DNA from: a virus
Lineage: Duplodnaviria; Caudoviricetes
Length of the DNA: 64,000 nucleotides
IMG/VR virus record: IMGVR_UViG_2657245709_000001
Coordinates: 1 to 64,000 of that record
Strand: one strand, 5' to 3'
Of this stretch, positions 37,437 to 46,403 are shown one piece after another. The number at the start of each line of letters is the position of its first letter. Position 1 is the first letter of the stretch. The translations under genes were made by a program, and so were the position numbers. The notes beneath the pieces were generated by a model that was not told the origin of the DNA, ran no database searches, and was given only the letters and a program-made list of their open reading frames with translations.

Positions 37437-38240
37437 TCAAGCAGCGGTTTCTCCGGGCGCGCCGTCCGGGTGAACCGGCGTGCGCCGTGCCGCGAGTTCG
37501 GTGGCCGCGAGTTCTTTCACGTAGTGGGCGTACTCGGCGTGGGTGAGGAGGAGGCCGCACTGGGGGTCCTGGCACTCGATGTACGGGGAGTCGTCGACGA
37601 GCCGGAGGTCTCGGGACTCGGCGAGCCACGGCCCCCCGCACCGCTTGCAGGGGGCGAATCGTTTCGCCTCGGGGGCGGTGTCGCGGCGGGTGAAGCGGGT
37701 GGCCGCCCGGTGCCAGGCGGCGATCTGCGCCGCCGGGTTCCCGGACGGCACCAGGACGCGGCCCAGGCGCCCCGGCTCGTGCGTCTCGGTCGCGCACGGG
37801 TGTTCCTGGAGGAGCCAGACGATGTGCGCGGACAGCAGCTTGACCGTGCCGCTGGCCCAGATCCCCTCCCGCTGCCCGGTCGGCCGGACCGGCCGCTCAC
37901 GGAGGCGCCGGTGGAAGGCGACGTCGGCGGCCATCTCGCCCAGGCCGCCCACGATGTGGTCGATGAGAAGGCGGGCGGCCTGCCCGGGCCACGGGGTGGT
38001 GTCCGTCGGCGCTGACGTCGTCGACGCGGTCGGCACACCGCGCTGCCCATACACCGGCTCAAGGCTGACGGCCGCAAGGAGTTCGGGCAGTTCGGCGAGG
38101 TGCCGCCGCGCGCGGTCGACGCAGCCTTCGCAGTGGACGGGTTCACCCCAGACGACGGGCATGTCCTGCCCTGCTCCGCTGCGTTCGGCACGCCGCAGGG
38201 CGGTGTTGCAGACTCCGGGGCACGGGATCGAGGCGGCCAT
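37437..38240 (-). CDS. Zinc-ribbon protein, candidate late-gene regulator (267 aa)
   Basis: CPGVC, CEGC, CKRC and CQDPQC motifs. Sits next to the HTH gene at the early/late boundary. Confidence 0.65.
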   Translation of the reverse strand: MAASIPCPGVCNTALRRAERSGAGQDMPVVWGEPVHCEGCVDRARRHLAELPELLAAVSLEPVYGQRGVPTASTTSAPTDTTPWPGQAARLLIDHIVGGLGEMAADVAFHRRLRERPVRPTGQREGIWASGTVKLLSAHIVWLLQEHPCATETHEPGRLGRVLVPSGNPAAQIAAWHRAATRFTRRDTAPEAKRFAPCKRCGGPWLAESRDLRLVDDSPYIECQDPQCGLLLTHAEYAHYVKELAATELAARRTPVHPDGAPGETAA

Positions 38241-38292
38241 GAGGTCCCCCTTCGGGCATGGGCGGGGAAGAACTGTGCGGGCTCGGGAAAGC

Positions 38293-38326
38293 GAACTGCC
38301 CGCCTCCGTCTGGAGGCGGGCAGTTC
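38293..38326 (-). terminator. Perfect 15-bp hairpin in the leader of the 37437-38240 gene
   Basis: GAACTGCCCGCCTCC-gtct-GGAGGCGGGCAGTTC. Confidence 0.7.
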
Positions 38327-38383
38327 ACCGTGGACTCAACTCCATGCACATGCACATGCACAGCTACCCAGGCACGCACCATG

Positions 38384-38413
38384 ATCCTGCACCACAAACC
38401 ACCCGAATCGCAA
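38384..38413 (-). promoter_or_regulatory. Candidate housekeeping-sigma promoter
   Basis: Minus strand TTGCGA-N18-CAGGAT in an AT-richer intergenic segment. Confidence 0.4.
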
Positions 38414-38423
38414 GCAATACCGC

Positions 38424-38630
38424 CTACCGGGACCGGCACCAGCGGTGCCCGCACTCGATCAGCGCCGGATTCGTCCATGCGTGCACGAAGTCCGGCGGGC
38501 AAGCCGACGGCTCGACCTGCAACTCCTCCTCGAGCGCGCTGATCGCGGGGTACGACGGCCGGTCGTGAACCTCGCAGCGCCGAGCCGCGCGGCGCAGCAG
38601 CGCCTCCACGGGTCCGGGCAAGCCCCTCAT
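38424..38630 (-). CDS. Hypothetical protein (68 aa)
   Basis: ATGA-coupled to the upstream gene. Confidence 0.55.
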   Translation of the reverse strand: MRGLPGPVEALLRRAARRCEVHDRPSYPAISALEEELQVEPSACPPDFVHAWTNPALIECGHRWCRSR

Positions 38631-39238
38631 CCGGCGGCTCCCCCGGGCCGGGGCTGCGGGGTGCACGGCTGGTGGGCAATCAGGTCCAGATGCGCCCTCC
38701 ATTCGCCCTCTGGCGGAGGCGTGTACCAGTACACCCGGAGCTCCGAGCACTGCGGCCAGAAGTGGGCGTAGGCGCGGCGACCGTCCGCGACTGTCCCGTC
38801 GCAGACCCAGCGGGGTTCGTCGTTCCCGCAGGACGGACAGACCGGTCCTCCGCCCCCGCGCCCGCTGGAGTCGACCAGGTGCTCCTGCCACGCCGTCCAG
38901 TCGACGGACCGGTCCTCGTGAGCGGCCGGCAAGGAGACCGCGCTGAACGCCCACCGCGTGTACAGCCCGCGCCAGCGCTCGATGCCGACAGGGCTTTCAC
39001 CATCGGCGGCCTCGTCCCAGAGGATCCAGCAGCCGGCCGCGCGGTACGCGGCGCGTACCGCCTCGAGGGCCGGAGCCAGCAGCTCGGGGCTGGCCTGGCC
39101 CCAGGAGCGTGGCGAGCCGTGGAGGAGCCGCCACACCTCGTACTCGGTTCCGTCCATCCAGCCCGCGCAGTAGGCGGTCTCAGACACCCCTGACATGGCG
39201 TCGGCCAGCGCGCTCTGCTCGGGAGCCAGGGCGGTCAC
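38627..39238 (-). CDS. Hypothetical protein (203 aa)
   Basis: GTGA-coupled. MSGVSETAYCAGW domain plus a CPSC domain. Confidence 0.7.
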   Translation of the reverse strand: MTALAPEQSALADAMSGVSETAYCAGWMDGTEYEVWRLLHGSPRSWGQASPELLAPALEAVRAAYRAAGCWILWDEAADGESPVGIERWRGLYTRWAFSAVSLPAAHEDRSVDWTAWQEHLVDSSGRGGGGPVCPSCGNDEPRWVCDGTVADGRRAYAHFWPQCSELRVYWYTPPPEGEWRAHLDLIAHQPCTPQPRPGGAAG

Positions 39239-39702
39239 GGTCGCTCCCGGAAAGCAGGGCAGACGCAGCGCCGTGACGACTGGACGCTCAGGCCGGCGAT
39301 CGTCTCGGTGACGCGCACGGACAGGTTGCGCAGGCGAAGTCCCTCAACGGCGCACTGAGGCTCGGCGAACGCGGTCATGGAGCCAAGGGCCCGCAGCAAG
39401 TTGGCGGCTTCCTCGATCACGGCGGAGGACGGCGTCCCCTGGTCCTCCCACGGCTCGTGTCCGGCCTGTACGCGCCGGAGGACCGTGCGGGCCACGCCGT
39501 CTTCGACCCCCAGGCCCTTGGCGAGGTTCTGGTACCGGTCGAGGCCGGCTCTGGCCTGCCGCGCCGCGGCTTCAACTTCGGTGTGCTCTCTGGCCATCCG
39601 CTCGCGCAGTCCGGCGAAGGCTGAGAAGTCGAGGCCGGCAAATTCCGGCTCGCGGGAGGCGTGCCGTTGGAGAACGGGCGGGTTCGGCAGGCCATTGATC
39701 AT
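39235..39702 (-). CDS. Hypothetical protein (155 aa)
   Basis: ATG at 39702, ATGA-coupled. Confidence 0.6.
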   Translation of the reverse strand: MINGLPNPPVLQRHASREPEFAGLDFSAFAGLRERMAREHTEVEAAARQARAGLDRYQNLAKGLGVEDGVARTVLRRVQAGHEPWEDQGTPSSAVIEEAANLLRALGSMTAFAEPQCAVEGLRLRNLSVRVTETIAGLSVQSSRRCVCPAFRERP

Positions 39703-40163
39703 GGCGTCCACCTTCCGCTCGGTACGAGTGCGGCTCGGATGGCGCGCGGCGTGACGATGAGGCGTCGGCCGAGCTCCATCATCCGCACCTCCATGGCGGA
39801 CAGCAGTCGGTTCCTCTCGGAGAGGTCGCGCAGGGACCGCTGTTGGTCGCAGTGCCACAGCAGGTGCATCTCCTGGTCGGCGGCTGCCGCTACGGTCTCT
39901 GGCGAGGCGTCGGGGTCGACGAGCAGCCGGGCCCGCCACGGCGAGCCGATGTCGTCGCCGACTCCGTACGCGGTGTAGCCGCGGTCGAGGCGCCAAGACA
40001 GCCAGAACTCGGAGAACCGCATCGGGTGACTGGTCTCCGGGTCGGGAAAGGTGATCTTCGCTTCGCTGTTCGTGACGTACTCGGGATCCCAGCCTCGCCC
40101 CTCAAGGGTGGTGGAGAGCCGGCCGAGGAAGTCCTCCTGGTGATGAACGGCAGGGGTGAGCAT
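39699..40163 (-). CDS. Hypothetical protein (154 aa)
   Basis: ORF with typical composition, coupled to the downstream gene. Confidence 0.65.
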   Translation of the reverse strand: MLTPAVHHQEDFLGRLSTTLEGRGWDPEYVTNSEAKITFPDPETSHPMRFSEFWLSWRLDRGYTAYGVGDDIGSPWRARLLVDPDASPETVAAAADQEMHLLWHCDQQRSLRDLSERNRLLSAMEVRMMELGRRLIVTPRAIRAALVPSGRWTP

Positions 40164-40181
40164 GCGGGCCAGTATGACCCG

Positions 40182-40517
40182 TCACGCGTGGGACAGTTTG
40201 CCCTTTTGATCCGGGCAGTAGACGGCGACGGCGGCCGAGAGCAGCGCCGCTGACTCCCGGTCGGAGAATCCCTTCCTGGCGTAGGAGAGGGCGCTGGCGG
40301 CCGAGCCCGCTTTCAACTGGTCGCAGAGGTCGCGCCCCTCGGAGCCGAGCGTGCCGGCGAGCTTGTCGGTGGGGATCCCGCCGAAGTCGTCGGGGTCCGC
40401 CGCGGCCACGGCGTCGGCGTAGCGCTTGTCGCTCTCGGACGGGCTGCTGGAACAGCCGACGAGGACCAGGACGGCGAGGCCGGTTGCGGCTACGGCTGCG
40501 GGGAGTGTGTGTCGCAT
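40182..40517 (-). CDS. DUF732-like lipoprotein (111 aa)
   Basis: Signal peptide with lipobox LVGC. GRDLC...AAVAVYCP. Confidence 0.75.
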   Translation of the reverse strand: MRHTLPAAVAATGLAVLVLVGCSSSPSESDKRYADAVAAADPDDFGGIPTDKLAGTLGSEGRDLCDQLKAGSAASALSYARKGFSDRESAALLSAAVAVYCPDQKGKLSHA

Positions 40518-40727
40518 GCAGGCGATGGTGCAGCCACGTGAGGGGGCTTGCGGCCGGTATGGCCAAGTTGTGACCGCGCGTCCGCCGCGGGCGCCCGGCG
40601 ACGGGGAGGCCGCCGGGCGCCCCTCTGCGGGGGGATGTTCAGCCTGACAGGACACCGGGCACGGCAGGAACGTTTCCGCCCCTGCTTCACCCGTCCGTGT
40701 CACCGGCCCCTGGCCACCCCGCGGGCT

Positions 40728-41459
40728 CTATGCGGCGACGAGTTCGATGAACCGGTCGCGGGCAACCCGCCAGTAGGTCGCGGACTGCTCGATCCCGATG
40801 AAGCTGCGGCCCTCGAGAAGTGCGGCGGTGCCGGTCGTGCCGCTGCCAGCGAACGGGTCCAGCACCAGTCCCGGCTCCGGGACGATGCGGACCAACTGCT
40901 GCATGACGTCGAGGGGCTTCTGGGTGATGTGCACGCGGGCGTTTCCCCGCGGCTGGCTGCCGGTGAAGTGGCCAGGCAGGTAGACCGGCTGGTTGCCCGG
41001 CACCATCGCGCCGTTGCTGCCCCAGACGATGAACTCGCACTCCTGGCGCAGGCGTCCGGGCTGGGGGCGGGCGATCGGCTTGTGCCAGACGGCGACGCCG
41101 CGCCAGGTGTAACCGGCGGCCTGGAGGGCGTCGGTGGTGGCTGGGAGCTGGCGCCAGTCCGTGAAGACGAGCGCAGCGCCGCCGGGCCGTGTGAGGCGGT
41201 AGGCATGGGCGAGGATGAGGGACAGCCACGCAGTGTAAGAGCGCTGGTCACGGTTCTCGCCAGTGAAGTCACCGAGGTCGAACCCGTGGTTGCGGCCGCC
41301 CTCAGTGAGGTACTTCTCGCGGGCTGTGCGGCTCGTGCGCTCATGCATGGTCCGGCCGCCGGAGTTGTAGGGCGGATCGCAGATCACCGCGTCCACCGGG
41401 TCTGTGAGCGCGGGCAGGACGGTGAGGGCATCGCCTCGGTGGAGCTGCCAGGAGGGCAT
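40728..41459 (-). CDS. Orphan DNA methyltransferase, N6-adenine/N4-cytosine beta class (243 aa)
   Basis: DPPY precedes HITQKP and DPFAGSGTT. ATG at 41459 with GAGAGG RBS. Confidence 0.93.
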   Translation of the reverse strand: MPSWQLHRGDALTVLPALTDPVDAVICDPPYNSGGRTMHERTSRTAREKYLTEGGRNHGFDLGDFTGENRDQRSYTAWLSLILAHAYRLTRPGGAALVFTDWRQLPATTDALQAAGYTWRGVAVWHKPIARPQPGRLRQECEFIVWGSNGAMVPGNQPVYLPGHFTGSQPRGNARVHITQKPLDVMQQLVRIVPEPGLVLDPFAGSGTTGTAALLEGRSFIGIEQSATYWRVARDRFIELVAA

Positions 41460-41645
41460 GCGGTACTGCCTCTCGTGCGGTCGCGTACGCCGGTGGCGAG
41501 CGAGTCGGTGCACGGCCCCGGACGGGGCGCCCTCGAGCAGTTCCCGGTCATGATGCGGTTCAAGGTGCCCTGGTGAGCACTTCTCACCGCACGCGGGAGC
41601 GGGCGCCCAGCCAGGTGGCCAGGCGCCCGCTCCCCTGCCCTACGT

Positions 41646-42536
41646 TCAGGTACCCGCGACGGCGACCGGGTTGTCTCCGACCCAGCCGATCCGCGCGTCG
41701 ACGTTGGCCTCCGCGGTGCGGCGCCGCACCTTGTGCGTCAGCTCCGCCAGGCGACCGGTCTTCGTCCGGCACCGCTGCTGCGCCCCGGCATCGCAGCTCT
41801 CGCACTCGATCCGCAGCTCCTCCTCCTGGACGGCTGCGTCCCGCTCCCGTCGGCGCCGTTCCTGCGCCGTCTTCGATTCCCATGACAACAGCAGGGACTT
41901 GCGCACGCCGGCCATCCCCTCGGGGTAGGTGACCGTGTTCTCCGCGTACGAGGCGTCGCGGGCCAGGAGGAGGAGCTGGTTCGCGGTGGGGATGATCGCC
42001 GGGCCCCCGTACGTCTCGCGGTCGGTGTTCATCGCGGCGGCACCCCATCGGTCGCCGGCCGCGAAGCCGGTGGCGAGGGGGACGTCGCCGTCGATGATGC
42101 GGGCGATGCGCTGCAGGCGCCCAGCGCGGTCCCGCAGGGTGGTTGCCTCGCGGCGCAGGCAGTCGATGTCGTCGGCGAGTTCGACCGGTGTGTCCGGGGT
42201 TTCGGCGGCGCGCGCGAGCTGGTCCAACCAGACCGCCGCAGCGGAACAGTGCACGGCCAGTTCGTCGAGCGTGATCCGGTCCCCCGCTGACAGATGGTCC
42301 GTTGAGGCGTCGGAGGTGTCCTGCTGGCCAGGCAGAGGACGGTCCGGTGCGTCGACGATGGCGTGAATCCGCATCCCCTCCTTTCCGCGGGCGCGCCGCT
42401 CGACCGGACGCCCCACTACACCGAGCGCAGTAGCTGCCGCCTCCCAGGTGCGCCGAGCGGCATCGATGTCGGCGGACGTGACGGAGAGTTCGGCGCGGCC
42501 GTCATCCGGCAGCGGACCGTACGAGGTAGTGATCAT
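41646..42536 (-). CDS. Hypothetical protein with C-terminal zinc finger (296 aa)
   Basis: CESC-x6-C...H...RR at the C-terminus. Confidence 0.7.
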   Translation of the reverse strand: MITTSYGPLPDDGRAELSVTSADIDAARRTWEAAATALGVVGRPVERRARGKEGMRIHAIVDAPDRPLPGQQDTSDASTDHLSAGDRITLDELAVHCSAAAVWLDQLARAAETPDTPVELADDIDCLRREATTLRDRAGRLQRIARIIDGDVPLATGFAAGDRWGAAAMNTDRETYGGPAIIPTANQLLLLARDASYAENTVTYPEGMAGVRKSLLLSWESKTAQERRRRERDAAVQEEELRIECESCDAGAQQRCRTKTGRLAELTHKVRRRTAEANVDARIGWVGDNPVAVAGT

Positions 42537-42581
42537 CAGGTTTCCCCTAGGTGAAGCAGTTCGGGTGTTCGATTGCGGTGT

Positions 42582-42782
42582 TCAGTCGTCCGGTGCCGTG
42601 TTGCCGGCGTCGAGCTGGAGATAGGTCCGCCCGCCGTCGTAGGGGCGTGGGTCGGTCGTGTGGAACGACGCCTCGAGGACGGCGAGGACGGCGCGGGTGG
42701 TGGCTTCGTCAGCCGTGATCCGGATGTCGGCGATGCCCGGCAGGAACGCGCGTTCCCGGCGGGGCCGCGGCTCCCGGGCCAT
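42582..42782 (-). CDS. Hypothetical protein (66 aa)
   Basis: TGATG-coupled start at 42782. Confidence 0.6.
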   Translation of the reverse strand: MAREPRPRRERAFLPGIADIRITADEATTRAVLAVLEASFHTTDPRPYDGGRTYLQLDAGNTAPDD

Positions 42783-43165
42783 CAGGCGGTTCGGTAGGGG
42801 TCGCTGGCGCTGATGCGGGCGAGCCACACCGTCAGGGTCGCCTCGTCGACGGCGTCGAGGGCCGCCAGCAGGGTGGCCAGGGACTGCCTCATCGCAGCCT
42901 CCTTGGCGGTCATCCCGGCGGGCGTGATGCGCATCCGGAGGCTGCCGAGGACGTCCTCGGCGCTGGGCCGGGCCTGACCGTCTACGGGGTCGGCGCTCCA
43001 GGCGCGCCCGCGGAGGGCGCCCCAGGCTGCGCGGGCGAGACCGGTGCGCATGTGGTGAACGTCGGTGCCCATGCGGGCGACGAGGTGGTGGAGTTCGTCC
43101 ATCGAGCGGACGGTGCCGCCGTGGTCGACCCAGTCGGTGCGGTCGCTGGTGTGCTGGTGGTCCAT
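42782..43165 (-). CDS. Hypothetical protein (127 aa)
   Basis: GAGGA RBS; coupled to the downstream gene. Confidence 0.65.
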   Translation of the reverse strand: MDHQHTSDRTDWVDHGGTVRSMDELHHLVARMGTDVHHMRTGLARAAWGALRGRAWSADPVDGQARPSAEDVLGSLRMRITPAGMTAKEAAMRQSLATLLAALDAVDEATLTVWLARISASDPYRTA

Positions 43166-43178
43166 GGTTCCTCGGTGT

Positions 43179-43409
43179 TCAGAGCGCCTTGATGATCAGG
43201 GCGAGGACAACGACTGCGACGATCGCTGCGAGGATCCGCGCCTGGACCAGGTCGAGCTGGTACGAGACGGGCTGGATGGTCTCGCCGATCGGGTGGTCGC
43301 CACCGTGAAACTCGTCGCGATGCCGCTGCCCGTGCTGCTGCGCGCCTGCCTCGAGCTCGTAGGGGCTCGACTCGGTGCGGCAGCCGGGGCAGACGTACTT
43401 GTGGGGCAT
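43179..43409 (-). CDS. Small zinc-finger protein with C-terminal TM anchor (76 aa)
   Basis: CPGC...HRDEFH followed by ILAAIVAVVVLALII. Confidence 0.7.
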   Translation of the reverse strand: MPHKYVCPGCRTESSPYELEAGAQQHGQRHRDEFHGGDHPIGETIQPVSYQLDLVQARILAAIVAVVVLALIIKAL

Positions 43410-43440
43410 CGTGTGCCTGCTCTCAAGGTCGGGTGCAGGT

Positions 43441-43485
43441 GGTAGACGAGGACGGTAGACGACCGGTAGATGAGGGCGGTAGATG
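43441..43485. repeat. Four 8-bp direct repeats GGTAGA(C/T)G, clt-like
   Basis: Copies at 43441, 43454, 43465 and 43478 in the intergenic gap right after the 43503-44654 stop codon. Confidence 0.85.
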
Positions 43486-43502
43486 GCGTCTGACCTGGGC
43501 TT

Positions 43503-44654
43503 CTACCTCCTTCCAGGGGTGGGGGCGAGAGCGGCCGGGAGCGGGGTGTGACTGGTGGTGCTGACGGGGGTCGAGGGGCGCCCCCCGTCGTCCTGCTGGA
43601 GCCGCCCCGCGAGCACCTCCACAGCGGCCTCCTCCTCGCCCCCGGCGGGGGCCCCGCTCTCGCCCCCAGCGGGGGCCTGCGGGGAGGCGTCCGTCCCCTC
43701 TCCCGAGGGGCCCGCGGGGAGGTCTGCGGCCGGTGCGTCAGCTGGGGTGCGGAGACGGTGCAGAGCATGCGCGACGGGCACCCCCAGAGCAGTAACCAGC
43801 TCGTCCACGTGGACGCCGTGGGTGGGCCCGGTCCCGGACCCCCGGATCTGCATCTGCTTCACCGGGATCCCCACCCGGCCACAGTGGGCGCGGAGCACGC
43901 TCACGTCCCACGTGTCGGGGACACCCGGTTCATCCAGCAGGTCTCGGAGGTGGATGCCCTTGCGACCGGCGGCGACCGCCGCGGCTACGCGTTCACACAC
44001 CGTGCGCAGCAGCCAGTGGGCGCCGCCGCGCACCGCTGCTTCGTCCGGTGGCCCGTCCGGCTCGTCCACTTCTTCAGCGGCATCCGGCTCACCGTCCAGA
44101 GTCTCCTCGCCCCCGTCGTCTTCTCGGGCCTTGGAGCGCTTCTCGAGGCGGGCTGCGGCCACCGCGGCGGCGCACCAGGCGACGGGCATACCCGGGGCGA
44201 CGGCGACGAGTTCAGGGACCAGCGCGTGAAGGCCGGCCTGGACGGGTCGGTGCAGGAAGCACCAGCCGACCCAGCCGACTCCGGCGACCAGAGCCGCCCG
44301 GTCCGCCGAAACGGCGAACAAGACGAACCCGCGCTTCGGCGCCTTCGGCTTCCCCTTCGCGGACTTCGACTTCTCACTCCCCGGCTTCTCGGCCTTCGGC
44401 TCCTCCGAGTCCGGCGGCCCCTGTCCGGGCTTCTCCGGCGCCTTGCTGGCCTCGGGCGCCGGGGCTTCTTGTTCCTTCGTCTCCTCCGAAGACCTGTCCT
44501 TCTTCACCGGCGTGGCCGTCGGGACACCGCGGGCCGCCTGGATGCCTTCGCGCGCGGCGTTGCGGGCGAGCCGGACCAGGATGCGGCTGCCGGTGCCGAT
44601 GTCGAAGTACACGTCCAGGAGCCGCTGGTACGGCTCGGCCTCGGGCTCGGTCAT
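43503..44654 (-). CDS. Membrane protein with a C-terminal winged-helix-like domain (383 aa)
   Basis: ATG at 44654, ATGA-coupled. Two hydrophobic segments, an acidic linker, then GIHLRDLL...WDVSVLRAHCGRVGIPV...GVHVDEL. Confidence 0.7.
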   Translation of the reverse strand: MTEPEAEPYQRLLDVYFDIGTGSRILVRLARNAAREGIQAARGVPTATPVKKDRSSEETKEQEAPAPEASKAPEKPGQGPPDSEEPKAEKPGSEKSKSAKGKPKAPKRGFVLFAVSADRAALVAGVGWVGWCFLHRPVQAGLHALVPELVAVAPGMPVAWCAAAVAAARLEKRSKAREDDGGEETLDGEPDAAEEVDEPDGPPDEAAVRGGAHWLLRTVCERVAAAVAAGRKGIHLRDLLDEPGVPDTWDVSVLRAHCGRVGIPVKQMQIRGSGTGPTHGVHVDELVTALGVPVAHALHRLRTPADAPAADLPAGPSGEGTDASPQAPAGGESGAPAGGEEEAAVEVLAGRLQQDDGGRPSTPVSTTSHTPLPAALAPTPGRR

Positions 44655-45106
44655 GACGGGCTGCCGAGGTTGCCGAGGGTGGTCCGCGCCGCATTGAGGA
44701 TGATCGCGCCGATGCCACCGGCCTCGACGAAGTACATGCTGGCGGCGAGGGCCAGCACAGCGGGGATCCACTTCCGCTTCCAGCCGGGCCCGACCGCCAG
44801 GAGCGTCAGGGCGATCGCCATGCCGCCGGCGCCGGGATCGTTGAATCCCGACTGCTGGACGGTCGACGCGGGGATGCTGCCGAGGCCAGTGATGACGTCG
44901 CGCCAGTTCCCGCCCGCGGCAAGGCACACCGACCCGGTGACCAGCGCCCAGCCGGTGATCCTCTCCTTCGTGTTGATGGGGATCCGGTTGGAGCCGCTCA
45001 CGCCCAGGCACAGGGCGAGGAACATGATCAAGGCGATCCCGGACAGCGTGATCGTGCCGAGCCAGTTGCCCTTGGCCAAGGCGCCGGGGGCAGCGAGGGT
45101 GAACAT
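44651..45106 (-). CDS. Multi-TM membrane protein (151 aa)
   Basis: ATG at 45106 with GAAAGG RBS. Four Gly-rich hydrophobic helices. Confidence 0.75.
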   Translation of the reverse strand: MFTLAAPGALAKGNWLGTITLSGIALIMFLALCLGVSGSNRIPINTKERITGWALVTGSVCLAAGGNWRDVITGLGSIPASTVQQSGFNDPGAGGMAIALTLLAVGPGWKRKWIPAVLALAASMYFVEAGGIGAIILNAARTTLGNLGSPS

Positions 45107-45119
45107 GTGCAGGGGCCTT

Positions 45120-46208
45120 TCAGCGAGGTCCGGGAGCGTAGAGAACAACCGCGAGGAGCGCGGAGGCGAGCGGGATCCGTGCGAGCCACCGCAGGAACCA
45201 AGGCTGGTACCTGAAACGGCGGTCGATGGCCCAGTAGAGGCCGCCGCACATGCCGGTGGAGGCCACCAGGAGCGCGACGCCGGAGGGATCCAGGCCCGCG
45301 TAGTGCCCGTACTGGCCCAGGACGCCGACGAGTTCGTGGGCGATGCCGGGCGCGTAGCTGGCGCCCATCGCTGTGACGACGGCACGGCCTACGAGACCGC
45401 CGGGCAGGATGCTCGCCACGACGTGCGTACCCGAGAGCCGCCAGGCGCCGTACCCGCAGCCCAGCGCGAGGATCGCGCCAGCGATGCCCACGGCCCCGTG
45501 ATCGGCCGTGTACAGGCACTCCCCGAGGACGTCGACCGCGCCGATGCTGTAGCCGACCGCGGCGGCGGTCCCGGTGAACAGGATCGGGCGCATGTAGTTG
45601 GTGGATGTGCTGCTCTTGCTGGAGGCCGGGGCCTTCCCCGTGGGGGCGACGGCGCCGGGGCGCACATCCGGCTCCTGGGCTGGGGTGCCAGCGGCGTCCG
45701 GGGGTTCCGGTTCGAGCTGCTCGTCGCAGATCACGCAGAGGTGAGCGACGAGTTCGCCGTACGGCTGGGCATGGACGGGCACCGTGCGCTCGTGCGTGCA
45801 CTCTGGTTCGGGCGGGTTCGACGCGGGCTTCGGAAAGGGCAGCATGTCGCGTATCCGGAGGCGGGGCGTGTCGGTGGCGGCCTGCGCGCTCGGAGCCTTG
45901 GCCGCAGGGGGCGGTCCGGCCGGAGGCCGCAGTTCCTCGGTGCCCGTCGGCTCGTGGCGTGCCGGTTGCGAGGAAGGAGGGGCGTCCTCACGGTCCTCCT
46001 GGTGGTGCCCGTCGTTCTCGTCGAAGTCGAAGTTGTCCCAGTCGGACGGGAACGGGCGCGAGGGCGGCGGCGGGGGTGGCGCGATGAAGGTGTCGTCCGG
46101 GGCGGCGGACGTACCCGCCGAGCGCGGGGTGAGCTGCACCGGAGATTCGGGCCCGGTCGGTGTGCTCTCCCCGCCGCTGGTCTCCTCGGTGCCTGACGTG
46201 TGGGTCAT
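45120..46208 (-). CDS. Membrane protein: Pro-rich N-terminus, Cys/His knuckle and about 5 TM helices (362 aa)
   Basis: ATGA-coupled. CTH...HLCVIC motif and a hydrophobic C-terminal half. Confidence 0.75.
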   Translation of the reverse strand: MTHTSGTEETSGGESTPTGPESPVQLTPRSAGTSAAPDDTFIAPPPPPPSRPFPSDWDNFDFDENDGHHQEDREDAPPSSQPARHEPTGTEELRPPAGPPPAAKAPSAQAATDTPRLRIRDMLPFPKPASNPPEPECTHERTVPVHAQPYGELVAHLCVICDEQLEPEPPDAAGTPAQEPDVRPGAVAPTGKAPASSKSSTSTNYMRPILFTGTAAAVGYSIGAVDVLGECLYTADHGAVGIAGAILALGCGYGAWRLSGTHVVASILPGGLVGRAVVTAMGASYAPGIAHELVGVLGQYGHYAGLDPSGVALLVASTGMCGGLYWAIDRRFRYQPWFLRWLARIPLASALLAVVLYAPGPR

Positions 46209-46372
46209 GACGACCGCACCCAGGTGTCGAGGAAGGCGAATGCGAGGGCCGCGGCAGCGAGGGTGATCGTGGCCTTTGCCCCGTCCCGGCCGGGCGCCAG
46301 CACGGTCAGCGTGAGCGCTCCGGCCAGGCAGAGCATGTACAGGCCGGTCAGGGCGAGGTGGAGGGTGTGCAC
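46205..46372 (-). CDS. Unannotated 55-aa two-helix membrane peptide
   Basis: GTG at 46372 with GAAGAGGA RBS. Translates as MHTLHLALTGLYMLCLAGALTLTVLAPGRDGAKATITLAAALAFAFLDTWVRSS; the stop overlaps the next ATG. Confidence 0.7.
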   Translation of the reverse strand: MHTLHLALTGLYMLCLAGALTLTVLAPGRDGAKATITLAAAALAFAFLDTWVRSS

Positions 46373-46403
46373 AGCGGGGTCCTCTTCGGGAATCGGGCGC
46401 GGG

